The position numbers and the translations under genes were made by a program. From Lama glama (taxonomy: Eukaryota), in assembly GCA_028534125.1 (NCBI GenBank), contig CM052817.1, positions 55,740,001 through 55,804,000 of the forward strand: a stretch of DNA of 64,000 nt, read 5' to 3'. The notes beneath the pieces were generated by a model that was not told the origin of the DNA, did no database searches, and was given only the letters and a program-made list of their open reading frames with translations. How positions within the stretch are numbered: position 1 is the stretch's first letter; each line of letters starts with the position of its first letter. Of the stretch, positions 39,736 to 53,100 are shown in pieces.

Positions 39736-39941
39736 GAGTCAACCCTAAAACAACATGGCGGTTAGGGATGCCAACCCCTGCAACAGTAGAAAATCTGTGT
39801 ACAAAGTTTACAGCCAGCCCTCCATTTCTGCAGTTGTACATCTGCAGACTCAACCAACTGTAAAGCATGTAGTGCTATAGTATTTATTGAAAAACAAATG
39901 TACCGGCCCTGTTCAACTTTGTGTAGTCCAAGGGTCAATGG
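39736..39941 (-). mobile_element. Tigger2a-like MITE nested in L1 ORF2
   Basis: TIR remnants 'gagtcaaccctaaaacaac' / 'gtagtccaagggtcaatgg' followed by TA; L1 ORF2 text resumes on both sides. Confidence 0.8.
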
Positions 39942-42249
39942 TATATAGGACATCCATTCAAAAGCAGAAGAATAAATTGTTCTCAAGTGTACATGGAACA
40001 TTGAGCAGGACAGATCAGGCCACAGAACAAGTCTTGATACACTTAAGATTGAAAACATATCAAGCATCTTTTCCAACCACAATGATATGCAACTAGAAAC
40101 CAATTATAAGAAGAAAATTCATAAATATCTTGAGATTAAATACTATGCTACTGAACAATCAATAGATCAATGAAGAAATCAAAAGAAATTAAAGAAATAC
40201 CTTGAGACAAATGAAAATGGAAATACAATATACCAAAACTTATAGGGTGCAGCAAAAGTGGTTCTAAGAGGGCAGCTGACAGTGAAAAATGACTCCATCA
40301 AAAAATAGAAAAATTTCAAATAAACAACCTAACTTTAAATCAAGGAACTAGAAAAAGAACAACAGAGCCCAAAGTGAGCAGAAGGTAAGAATGTTCAGAG
40401 TGGAAATAAATGAAATAGAGGCTAAAAAGACAACAGAAAGATAAATGAAATGAGAGCTGATTCTTTGAAAAGATAAAATTGGCAACACTTTAACTAGACC
40501 ATGAGAAAAAAGAGAGGGGACTCACATAATTAAAATTAGAAATTAATTACAACTGTTACCACAGAGTCACAAAGAACATAAAAGACTACTATGAGTAATT
40601 ATATGTCAATAAATTTGAGAATCTAGAAGAAATGTGTGAAATCCTAGAAACATACAATCTACAAGATAGGACCTTGAAGAAATAGAATATCTGACCTAAC
40701 TGATTAACAGTAAGGGGACTGAAGCAGTAATCAAAACCCTCCCAACAAATGTCCAGGACCACACAATAGAACCAGTCCTTCTCAAACTGTTCCAAAAACA
40801 AACAAGGAGGGAACACTTCCAAACACATTTCATGAAGCCAGTATTACCCTGATACCAAAACCAGACAGTGATGCCACACGGGAATTATAGACCAACATTC
40901 CTGATGATCATAGATGCAAAAATCTTCAATAAAATATTAGCAAACAAAATTCAATCATACATTCAAAGGATCATACACCATGATTAAGTGGGATTTATTC
41001 CTGGGTACTAAGGTGGTTCAACATCCACAAATATACCACGTTAACAAGATGAAGAATAAAAATCATACAATAATGTCAATAGATTATAGAAACGCATTTG
41101 ACGAAATTCAACAGTTGATTTATGATAAAAAGTTGTTATAGAAGGGCTGTACCTTAACATAATAAAGGCCATATATGACAAGCCCGCAGCTGACATCATA
41201 CTCAATGGTGAAAAGCTTATAGCTTCTTCTCTAAATCAGGAATACTCACTTTTTTCCCCAAATATATGCACATTTATAAAGACTTTAAAATATCTTTCTC
41301 CACAACCTTTAGATATAACTTTGTTTTTCTGCGGTAAGTACTTGGAGACACACTGTAATCCAGGCCCTTCATAGTTCTGTGACCCTTCTTTATCCTCTGA
41401 ACCCAACTTTGTCCACAAAACACCAAATCACCATTGCAAAACACTACGTATTTCATATAAATAATCCCATTTCCTTTATTTCCCTTCTTTCTCAATTTTA
41501 TTTTTGCTTTAGATTGCTATTATTAGCCAGAGCAATTAAGATTTGTCAATTCTTTGTACGTTGAGCATTTCAGTAGAAAAGGAATTTTTTTTCTTGCCTT
41601 CTTACTGTCTTCAATAACATAGGAAATGGAGGAATAGATAGTAACTTACAAGACATGGCTTGCAAAATGCTGAAAATAATTTTTCTTCCTGATTTTACCT
41701 GTTTCTTTATTCTCACCATTAGTTATTCACTCATCTAGATAGTTTTTTTTTTTCATGGTCAAAACACAAATACTCTTGGAGAAGGAATAAACTAGGCTCT
41801 TATCAAGAAGTCTCTTGTAACATTTAGCTGAAAAGGACCTTGTGCATAGAACAGTAATTTCCGATCAGGGTAGAGGATCCTGGGAACAATATATCATAGC
41901 TTTTAGTAAAGGTGGTTGAGAGTGGGGCCCTGCTGCGGAAACTACAGAAAGGCCAGTGAATTCCTTGTGAATATTTGGCATTTATGGATGAGATGAATGA
42001 GGGGAAAGGATGTGCTAAATGTTTTCGTCCTCAGCAGTTTGCTCAGATTTGGTGGTGACAATTTTTTTTTTTTGATCCTTTACCTAGTATTAAGAGATAC
42101 AAATAAAAAGATTTACATTTACTTTTTACTGGAAACTTAAAACAAAATCTAGGAGTCTATGTTTTCTCAGCATTTTCATTTCTTCTCAAAGCCCCTGAAA
42201 TATCTGATATATATAATACTATAAAGAGCAATCAAATTTTATACCTAAA

Positions 42250-42992
42250 TTTGGACAACAGTATGCAGTTTCCTAAAACTATTAAAAACAGAACTATGAT
42301 ATGATCCAGCAATTCCACTTCTGGGTATTTATCTGAAGAAAATGTCACTGCTAGCTTGAAAGGATATATATGCACTCTCATGTTCTTTGCAGCATTATTT
42401 ACAATAGCCAAGATATTAAAAAAGAAAACATAGTATGTATACACACATACACACACACACACAGGAATATTAGTCATAAAATGAAATGAAATCTTGCCAT
42501 TTGCTACAACATGGATGAACCTTGAGGACACTGTGCTATGTGTAGTAAGTCAGAGAAAGAGAAATACTATATACTGTGATTTACATGTAGAATTAAAAAA
42601 ATAAATAAACCAAGCTCACAGTTACAGAGAACAGACCGGTGGTTGCCAGAAGAGGTGGGGAGTGGCTTGTGGGTGAAATGGATAAATAGAGTCAGTAGAT
42701 ACAAACTTCCAGTTATAAAATAAATCATGGAGAGGTAGCATATAGCATGGTTAACAGTTAAAAATAGTAATGTTGTATTGCATATTTGAAAGTTGCTATG
42801 AAAGTAGATCTTAAGTTATCACAGTAAAAAAAAAACTCTGTAACTAGGTATTATGACATGTTAACTTGACGTATGTTAGATTTAGTGGTGATCATTTCAA
42901 AATATATACAAATACCAAATCACTAAGTTATATCACTGAAACTAACACAATATTGAATGCCAATTATATGTCAATACAGAAGAGAAAAAAAA
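42250..42992 (+). mobile_element. L1 3' end (L1MA9-like)
   Basis: 'atgatccagcaattccacttctgggtatttat', 'atgttctttgcagcattatttacaatagccaagat', 3' UTR 'tacaaacttccagttataaa...tttgaaagttgct...gtagatctt' and poly-A; contains (CA)n at ~42440-42463. Confidence 0.9.
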
Positions 42993-45900
42993 GCCTTTGA
43001 AAACTTGAAAATAAATGTGTATTTGTATACACACAGAATAAACAAATAGATAAATGGAATATGCCAGGTCATTAGTGACCAACAGATCTCTCATTACTGT
43101 CAGGGTCAACTATTCTAATACTTAATATCTGTACTACCTCTTCCAGAGAATTCCCTGGTAATAAATTATATGTGGACACTGTGGATTTCTGAGCTGTTAA
43201 GAAGGTAAGTGAGAAGTTGCATATCTTAGAAGCTATAAAAACATTGTATTTTTCATATTCCTTTAGACTCACAGTAGCCCACCATATTTCAAAGGTGTAG
43301 GGATCTGACTTTTAATTTCCTATAAAATTTAGGATTGAAAATCTGAGACAACAGTAGGTAATTTCATCTGCAACCAGAACATGGTTCAGGATATAAAATT
43401 AAATGCACTTGCTCTTACCATACCCCTGACAACTTTATGTCTAAATTTCTCCAAAATGTAAACCTAGCCAGGGATGATCTGGTACTTGCCTCCTTTTTAT
43501 GTGTCGTGATATTTCATGTTACCCCAAATTTAAAGAGAAATGTACGTATTCAACCTAAAAAATTTCCAGAAATGTGTTATTTCAGCGGGAGTTTACATTT
43601 CCAACAGGTCTTGCTTATTCTCTTCTTACATTACTAAATAAAGTCCATTCCTCACACCCTACCCTCAGGGGAATAACTTTTCATGAAGCCAAGCAGTGTT
43701 TGGTCATTGTCGCCATCTACAGTCTACCCCAACATCCAGCACATAAAACCAATACACTTCATGACAGCACTGGGGAATCTCATCCCCACTTAGCCTAAAT
43801 CTGTTCATCCTCTTTTTTGTATTTATTCTTACAGAAATTGATCACAAATGATTTCAACGTTATCATCAGGAATACGGTATGTTCTAGGTATTAAACTCCA
43901 CTCCCCGAGAGACTACTGGAGTGTGTACAGTAGTGTGCACATTTAGAAAAATGTAGGTAGTACAGTCTTTGTTTTCCCTTTCTATTGTTACTAGTGCATC
44001 CTGGGCTTCAGAACAAGCAGGGTGAAGTTCTGTCTTAGAAGCACAAATTCCCAACTCACCAAAATCTCTCCTTCCGAAGGAATTAAAAGAAATAATAAAA
44101 CAAAACCAAAGAATCCCACTCTAACCCTACCATAAACTGGATCAGATCCCTTACTCAGCAATTTCAAGTGAGTCCAACTGTCTACATGGTCACTATTATA
44201 TAAACCACTGATTTCTTCCACTGAGATTATAAAACTACACGCCCATTTATACTTCAATGTTCAGCACTTAAAAAACTATAACCACGTAATAATGTTTTTA
44301 CTTCCTAAGGATGAGGCTCTCTGGCCAAATTACAGGCCTACCTAAGGAACTCTTAGCCTTTGAGAGACACAGTTCCACCACAGGTATGCGTGTGGCCCAT
44401 GACTAATGTGTATGTAAGTAAAGGGATGAGGCGTTTCCTCGAACAGTATAGCAAAGCAACGAGGAGATACTGTGCCAAGTGACTGCTGAGGCAAAACCAG
44501 GTGATATGCAGACATTTTAACAAGAGATGTGGTGGTTTACTGTACTGATTCACTTTCCTTCAAATGGAGCTTTTCTCTGTTACTTCCTGAAATAATTGAC
44601 TTTATACCTTCTTGATGCATACTTCACTTCATGCCTGAGAGCAGCTTGCTTTTTCCCTTGGTTCATACTTTGCCCTCTACAATTCCAGTTCCCTCATGCC
44701 TAGTCTTCCGTTTGCCTCCTTGGCATCTCCCTTCACATGAACATAAGCACGCTCGGCAAAATACCATCACGCAGCTCTTAGGAGTACTACTCCCAAGTAG
44801 ACCTCTCGTCATCAACACTTAAATATTCCAGCTGTCAACTTACTTGGGCAAAATCCCATGTCAAATGCTTTCTTCCCTTCCATGGTGCCAGATTTTTGTC
44901 TGTTTTATTTTTACAAATTTAAAAATTATCAGAGAAAGCCTACTTCATTTCTTAGCTGTTAATTTAATAACATCCACTTATCTCCTCATGTCACTGAAAT
45001 CACATGCATGTTGTGACTAAGCAATTATTCACAAAATATCTAGACTCAAGTAATAATACAGCTTTGAATTTGTTTGATCAAATAGTTCCTGGAGTCGTCT
45101 AAGAGGACATGTTGCGCTTCCATGAGAAAGTGAATCATGAGCATTAGTATTAAAAAGTTTATAGTATGAATAATTAATAGCCCCTTTCTTTGTTTTGGCT
45201 GAATACAAACATACTTAAAGAAAAATAATTTTAAACTATTTTTTTAATTTACGCTTTCGAATACAAAGTTCTAACATTTCAGAAAGAGAAGAATTCAATT
45301 TTATTTTACTAATGTTTATTGAAATTGTTCAATATTTTAAAAGGCACTAATCAGCATTTGGTTGCTAAAGTTATTTTTTAATTTGTGGGATTATTGTTCT
45401 TGGGACTCATTTGTGTGATGGGGTTTGAGGTATAAATGTGCTATAGAAATGCATTATTTGTCATCCACTCTTACCTTTTTAAATATGTATTTGTCTGTCA
45501 TTCAACTTAATTTATAGCTTCTTGGGACTTTTCCCAATTCCAGATATACTAGTGGTTGCTATGAAATAACGAAAGGTATGTCTGCTTTGCATTTCTAATT
45601 AAAATCCTGAAAGTTAGCAGTTCGTGGTACTCTCAGATGACATATAACTATGAACCTGTGTTTTGACACTTTATAAAACACTAAATGCATAGTATTTGTT
45701 TATTTTTTTTTCATGCTCTCAAAATGCAGAAAGGATGGTGTTAATAGATGCTCCACTGATAAGGCTTCTGAGAGGGTCCGTGTATAATTTAACACATGAA
45801 TATTTGTCAAATTTGATTGCTACTCTAGATTGTTTCTTTTGAGAAGAAAATATAATTTTCCACTGAAGTAAATCAGGTTTAACTCTTATTCTTTTCTTAA

Positions 45901-48000
45901 ACATTGCACTTAGTAAAAACTAGGAGAAACCTAATAGGAAGCAAATCTTTTCTACGCAGTCATATTGTTGCTGACATGGAGAAATCACTGCAAATACAGG
46001 AAACTCATTTGGTTATCTTGGCCAGCCATCTTTCTTAAAATAATACATTTAGCCCTCTTTTACCGATACCCAGATGCAACTGCATGAATGAGTGATAAAA
46101 CTAAGTATATGGGGATACAGGCCCAAACCTCCATTAACAAGAATAGTTTTGGTCTGTATCTGATTGATAGAGACATAATTACAGATATATTCAATTGAAA
46201 AGGGTATTTCCAGTTCTAAAGTAAATGTTCAGTCCGCCCCAAATATTTGCTTAGATAACATATAGCACTCAGTTTTCAAAAAGGAAATGCTCCTTAAGAG
46301 ATATGTCATTTAAAAAAAAAGTTTCATTTCAGCTCTTTCATACTATTTATATTTGATTGTTTTACCATCACCTTGAATTCATTATGTTTGAATTTTATTT
46401 TATATCACGCCCTCTCTATCCAAATGTATTACTTTTAAATTCATTCTTCTATTTAATACATTAATATGTTTTAAGACTGGGAGACATGATTCAAAATTAT
46501 TTTTTGTATTCTCTTTTGGTTATCTCCTAAATGAACACTACTAAAAGAATGGTGTTTCATTTCTGGTGCCTAAAATTCGTATTGAGATTATAAACTTTGG
46601 TGATGAGGCAGTGTTTCTTTTTCTCTAAAAAATGTACACATACAATAAAAAGTTAAGACTCTATTTCAGGCTCTGCTCAATACATGGTTGTTGAATAAAT
46701 CGACACACATAAAATAGGAAAACAAGATAAAACAAAGCAGAATTCAGCTTGTCATTGAAACCTTGAGCATTACTGAAAATAATTTTTAAAACTCGGCAAT
46801 CACATTGAAAAGATAATGGTCCTGGGTTGCAGACAGTTAAAAACTCTGAATTGTGTTATTCTGATAGTAATCTCACCTGTTGAGTTGCTCTGTAATTTCA
46901 TTAGGCATTTATTCTATTCTTGATTTTAGTCCTTTTAAAAACTGAGTCACCAACACCTTATGCTGAAAATTATTTTATCATTATTTTTTTCTTACATTCT
47001 GTACTTCACTCATCTGTTCAAACCACCTTGACACTAAATAAACTTTTAAGTTAAATACATCAAGCACAGGGAATTAATTCTACTGTATATTAGTGGTCAA
47101 ACATGACCAAAGAACAGTACAAATCAATATTTATTAAGCAACTGAATTAAGTGTGTGACAAGCTGATTCACTTATTCATTTGAACACATTTATTTGCTTA
47201 ATATAAAAACTGCCAATAAACTTTCTTGATTTTTATCCTTCTCGATAATAATTTAAGAATTTTTAAATATGATCTTTGATCATATCAATTTAATGCTGAG
47301 ACAAAATGGAAAATTTCTAGCTAAAACTCCAATTATGCAGATACGTATTTATAAGCACATGAAATATATTCTTATAACTCTTTATTCATTTCTTGATTTG
47401 TTACTATATAAACATATTTTCTTCTCTTAGGACACTTGTAGAGCATGTAGCCAGATGGTTTATGTGAAGAACAACCGCTAAACAGCTGAAGTCTGTGATG
47501 TAACTATTTATCAGAGTCCTAGCTTATGTAAAGCTTTACCACTTTATCCATGAAGAGGTCACATTCAGTTGTTAAAGAGGAATTTGCCTCTAAGTTCTAC
47601 AGTCATGAACGTGACTATAACACTAACTCCTTGCAGTATGTCTATCCAGAAGGCTTTAGTTGTTTTATTTGATTATGTGTAAACTAAGATGCTACAGTGA
47701 AAATTGATTGGCAAAGAAATCCCAAAATAAAACAAGTCAAAGTAGAAGGCCAGAAGGCATGAGATGTCCTATACAACTCATTTATCAGACTGACACATAA
47801 CTATCAGTAGTAGTATATTATTTTTAAATAAATACTATATCCATTCAGCCACTGCATTAGTGTAATGTGAAGTGCAACTATTTGCCTTCAGTCAGACTTG
47901 ACAATTACTTTTTGTTGGTTCATTCCTATGCTGAAGTCGTGGGAGTATTATTTTATAAGTGAAGTTTGAAGAAAGGAACATTAAGTTTAAAAAGAAAACA

Positions 48001-48149
48001 GGAGGGAGGTATGTGCCCTTGGTGGCAGGGCACATGCTTAGCATGCATGAGGTCCTGGGTTCAATTTCCAGTACCTACATTAGAAATAAAAATCAGTAAA
48101 AAATCAAGGACGCCTCAAACAAAAGAATAAAAATAAATAAAAAAATTTT
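48001..48149 (+). mobile_element. tRNA-derived SINE (camelid vic-1-like), more diverged copy
   Basis: 'gcacatgcttagcatgcatgaggtcctgggttcaatttccagtacct' plus A-rich tail; flanked by aaaagaaaa on both sides; aligns with the 30088 copy. Confidence 0.85.
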
Positions 48150-50239
48150 AAAAGAAAATGGATATGTAGATTCTTTTAAGTGTGGAATAAAACAAAAAAA
48201 AATTTTAACTTTGAAAACCGTTACGTGTATACATATGAAAACCAAAATGGACTGAAATCCTAATTTACATTTTATCCTTATAACTTATAAAAATTAAAAT
48301 GGGAAACATAAGATTTAAAAGTTTCAAGTTGTTCCTAAAAGTATATCAGAACGTAAACCTTTGTCCCCCTCGATAAATTTGTCCAAGATAGTTTCTTGAG
48401 TAATGTGTATGTGTATATATCTTATTTATTCAAAGGATTTTATGTTCTTTATGTGATTCTTGTCTACCACATACATTTCAAATAACACTGCTACAAACAC
48501 ACTGACAAATACATGCATATTAATTTCTTTTAATCATTTGCTTTTAGTTTTAGAATTTTAGGGACTTTCATAAGTATCAAAATAATCAGGGTTTTATTTA
48601 GTGAATAGAATCATTCTTGATGATATGATTAATGAGAACGCATTTAAACCCTAAGTATATGTAATTCCCCCAAATGTAGGAGGACTGTCGGAAATTTTTT
48701 TAAGTAGAGTAAAATGTTCAGTTAAATCAAATTTTCTGTTTTTTAAGTTCATCATTTTCTTTATTCCCATGGAAATATATTTTCTAGCATAGGTCTCAAA
48801 ATCTCACTACTTTATAGTTTGTACAAGAATCCATTTGTCCCTGTTGCCTTGTTTAAGCTCTTAAAAGTAAATATTTGACTTGTTAATGTTTTACCTGATA
48901 ATTTGCATATTGCAAAAATTTGAAAAATAAAAATTATGAAACCATTGGAAGGTCTCTTATTTATATTCTTTGTTGTTGTGTGTGTGTATGTCCTGTGTGT
49001 CTGATTTGTTTCTATACCACATAACACGCTGCAATGTCTCAAAGTTTTTCTCATCAATACTTATTAAACAATTATTTGGGCAAATTGACTTTTGCTCCTT
49101 CTTGGTGAGATCCAGACTTATATTTGCTAGTTTGATGTCTAATCAATACATGCTAACTGCTCCATTAATCCTCTCTCACTGCTTTTTTCTCTCATCTTTC
49201 CAGAAAGCTGTTCATTGTTGTTACCTCACAGTAGATGATTGATTTTCTAAGGTAGTAACTTTGGAAGCTTATCACTGATTTTTTCCTTTCCCTCACCTGC
49301 AGGACCCAATCAAGTTTTGACACACAGCACTCATTTCTGATTATCTAAAATGGATCATTCTGTAGTCCAGCTTAATGAACAGAGAGACAAAGAAAGAAGA
49401 AAAGAAGGAAAAAGGGCTTTGCCACTGCAGTTTCCAATAGGTAATTAACAGTTTACAATATTTGATTCCATGAATCAAAACAATTTGGCAATTCCTGAAA
49501 AAATGCCTTCTGGAGAAATTTTAAAATTGTTCATGTGCATTTAACAACATGGAACATGATAAAAATGTTTTGGGACACTATACATGTTCAAAATTACAAT
49601 TACAGAGAAAAATTTTATAAGCTGAAGTTTATAGATTGACATGCAAATGTCAGAATTTTAAAATTTCTAGCCATTGTCTAGAAGCCTAAGCTTTACCTTT
49701 AGTTATGACTTTAAATTCATACATGCAAAATGACAACTTTTTCCTAATGCTTTCTATATATGTAGGAAGGATATGCTATTGATTGATTTTACTCCTGTCT
49801 AATTTCTAGTGATATCTTATAAATTAGTTCTTTGAGATTTATCTGCTTAACTACACTTATATATTTTTATTTTACTTTTAAGCTAATACCCTTCATATTA
49901 CATGTTACACAGTGACTACTGTGGCTTGTGGATATAAAAGTTCCCAGTTATCTGACATTTTTAAAATGCCAATTCTGTACATTGTTAGGAGGATACAAAT
50001 TATACTTGAAAGAAAAGTGTGAAAAGCCTGGATTCTTTGCATAATTCACTTGCTCATGTTTTATCCAAAAATACTGCCCAGAGACTTGAAGGGTACCGTG
50101 GGTCTATGTGGGAGTTGCACTGTGACCACTGAACAATTCCTTACGGAGCTCTTCTCTTCAGCTTTAGTAAGGGGCACAGAGGCTTTCTCAGTAGCCACCG
50201 GTTGTGGGTCAACCAAAGAAGCAAAGGATGAGAATGGGA

Positions 50240-50438
50240 AGCAGTGTACTGGTAAGCCATCTCTCGGGAGGGGAAGCTGGGAGAGTTCTGATTTACAGTG
50301 TATGCTGATTTCTGTGGGGTGGATCCTCCCATCATAGCCAATTCCAAGCTATCAGTAATTTAAGAACTGCCTGAAAATTACTGAAAATGTACAGTCAGAT
50401 ACAGTGAGTCATTTAAAACCAGTTACAGAACACCACTA
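50240..50438 (-). mobile_element. MER63A-like hAT-Blackjack MITE
   Basis: TIR remnants 'gtgtactggtaa' / 'cagaacaccact'; core 'ctgatttacagtgtatgctgatttctgtgg...ctcccatcatagccaattccaagcta' matches reverse-complement MER63. Confidence 0.75.
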
Positions 50439-51394
50439 AATAGGGGATCACATACTGTCACCCTTCTTTAAAATGCAAAGACTAATTAAATCTTACTTCA
50501 TTTTAAATCTTACTTGTTAATAACATAATCCCCCAGAGGCCTTTTGCACATCTGCACACACACGCTCATACACACATTCACACCTGTCAAGCTTCCTAGA
50601 TTCTCTTCAGTCACACTGCTAAAGCAGTGCGCTCCGCAATCTTCTGGAATATGCTCACTCTCACCTAAGTGAAGGTCAGCTATATAATGACTGTGTCTAC
50701 CAGCCCTCCACCAAGCTATCAGCAAAGTAACAAAGACGTGTTTCCCTGCTTCGTCCTGCTTGCTCATATGTGCATATTAGAGGCTTATTAGCTGCATTTA
50801 AGTTCCTGGTAATCTTTTTATGTAGATAAAATTATTAGTAATAATGTAATAGAACATATTTTAAATATTTAGGGGGCTGAGTATATTCATGATTATACTC
50901 ATCATCAACCATCACCAGTCAATATGGTAAACAATCCAATTAATAACAGTCTGGGTAAATTGAAGATATATTTGTTATCTCTCAACTAATTTCAATTCTA
51001 ACATTTAATTTCATATGAATAAATACCGTTCCTTTATGAAAAAGCCAGGCATTAACCATTCTCAGGAGTGCTCAAAACAAAGTTGCTCAGGAAAGAAAGA
51101 GCTTTGTAGTGATTCTTAATCTTGGCTAGGAAGCCACAGATGCCAGAAAACTCAATGTACTTCCCAGTACACACATGGATGTTTCTGGAACGACAAAACA
51201 AATAGAAAATATAAAAAAAAACCTCTCTAGTCCTATGAAGAGTTTAAAAAATAATGACAGCACTTTTCCCGCCCACATCACAATACCATCACCTCTGTTA
51301 CTCAACACTGGTGGGTACAGATAAGTAAATGAAACTTTCCTTCCTCCTCAAGTCATCCTTTTAAGTCAATTTAGCACAAAAATGTTAAAATGTA

Positions 51395-51446
51395 GAATGT
51401 GTACAGAAATTGATACAACATGGCAAACTGACTATACTTCAAGAAA
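51395..51446 (+). mobile_element. Extremely 5'-truncated L1 tail (~50 nt) with TSD
   Basis: 'cagaaattgatacaacatggcaaactgactatacttcaa' plus A-run matches the 8850-8898 terminus; TSD aaaatgta at 51387-51394 and 51447-51454; TT|AAAA target. Confidence 0.75.
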
Positions 51447-51858
51447 AAAATGTATACGAGTAAAAATAAAATGGGTCAAAATTTAACTTTTAAAAATAGA
51501 TGTTCACATGTTTATACTTTACACAAATATCATAGTCAGTGGGTTTCTGAAGGACTTAAAAGCTGAATAGTAGTAATCCTTAATCTGCTCTAAACATTGA
51601 AATTATGTAGGCTGCAGTTTTCTATTTTGAATCTATTTTGTTGATTGGGCTTTCTTTTAACAGAATCAGCCAATCTTTAAAAATTACTATAAAAGAAGAA
51701 TTATTCTATTTTTGATGTTGCATGACTACTATCAATGCTGATACTATCCACATTTATAATTCTCCTTTCAACACTACTTTCTACTTAGAACTAAATAAAC
51801 TACCTCCTGTGTTTCTGGGACTGATACTGTAATTGAGTCTGTAAGAAATAAATGAACA

Positions 51859-53100
51859 GACTTCTGGTTTTACTTATGACACGTAAAGATCTTGGGAATT
51901 GTTACTCATGTCCTTAAAATAAGAAAAATATATAGTAACTGAATATCAATGACATTTTTGAACACACCAGAGAACTGACGTTTTAGGGCAAACTGATACC
52001 CCCAAAATCTGGATAGACAGACATAACCAACCAAAGAGATACAAAAATTACAAGGCATTGCAAAAGACAAGAAAAACACAGACTGAAAATACAAAGCAGT
52101 CCATAGAACCAGAGTTAGATATGACCCAGGTGTTGGAATTATAAGGCACATAATTTACAATGTCTATAAATAATGTGCTAAAGACTCTGTAGGAAAATAT
52201 TAACTCATCAGTTGTCACCTGCACAGTCCCAAGAAAAGCCTGTTTGGAAGTGGCCTTTGGCTCCTTGGAGATGAGCTCTGAGTCCTTGGACTATTCTGCC
52301 CAATAAGAGCGGTTTTGGATGGCTGAGGTCTTGGACCAAGCTGTGTAAGTTTGATCAGTTAGTTAATACAGTTAATGCCTGTTTTTGTTCACAAAGGCTA
52401 GAGTCTGAGTAACTGAGGTCAGCCACACAGGTGCTACACGTCTAGGTGATTGCACACCACCAACTGGGCTCTCTGGCTGGCAGTGCTGTGTGTGTGTCAC
52501 CTTTCACTGAGTTAGAACGAAGCACATCCGTGCAGCCCCACTGGGAATCCTGTGCTCGGTTCCTCCTGGACGTCTCCCTTTCCCTTTGCTGATAGTAATC
52601 TGTATTCTTTCACTAGGATAAATAGTGACCACTCACATATGAATTTTTCTAGGTTCTGTGAGTCCTTCTAGTGAATCATCAAATCTGAGGTGATCTTAGG
52701 GATCCCGCCACAGGCTTTAATGGAATAAAATGGACAACATGCAAAATCAGATGGGTAACATCAGCACAGAGATGAAAACTACAGGAAACACTCAAAAAGA
52801 ACGGCTGGTAGTAAAAAAAAAAAAAAAAAAGGTAAGAGAGATTAAGAATATCTGACAGGCTCATCTGTAGACCTGACTCAAATGAGGGGAAAAAAAATCA
52901 ATGAATTTTAATATAGGTCAATACATATGTCCCAAATAAAAACACAAAGAAGAAAAAAAACATTTTAAAAATATGGAACAACATATCCAGGAAATCTGGG
53001 ACAGTATCAAAAGTTGTAAGCTTTACATAATCAGAACACCAGGATAAGAAAGAAAAATCGTTGAAGAAAAAAAATACACAAGGTACAATTAAGTTTTCAA
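51859..53100 (+). mobile_element. Old L1 (L1MC/L1MD-like) 5' end and start of ORF1, split by an LTR
   Basis: Start 'gacttctggttt', 'cagagaactga...agggcaaactg', ORF1-like 'ggacaacatgcaaaatcagatgggtaacatcagcacagagatgaaaact'. Confidence 0.7.
52188..52712 (+). mobile_element. ERVL solo LTR (MER77/MER21/MER68 group)
   Basis: TG...CA ends ('tgtaggaaaa' ... 'gagtccttctagtgaatcatcaaatctgagg...cccgccaca'); degenerate 5-bp TSD gactc/ggctt; host L1 reads through when it is removed. Confidence 0.8.

Larger units (their letters stand above)
36080..41245 (+). mobile_element. Old LINE-1 (L1MA9/L1M2-like): 5' UTR, ORF1, spacer and ORF2 EN to RT; 3'-truncated and decayed
   Basis: GC-richer 5' UTR 36080-37680; ORF1 remnant from ATG ~37687 to ~38568 ('aggctatcagcagactt', 'aaatactctacctggcaaagttatcattcagaa'); ORF2 remnant from ~39062 ('tactttaaatgtaaatagattaaa', 'gaagccagtattaccctgataccaaaaccagac', 'atagatgcaaaaatcttcaataaaatattagcaaac'). 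Many stops and frameshifts. Confidence 0.9.

Noticed and set aside
49204..49250. 47-nt mini-exon upstream of the 49303 candidate
   Set aside because: Weak donor (gtagta), and the implied 52-nt intron is below the usual mammalian minimum.
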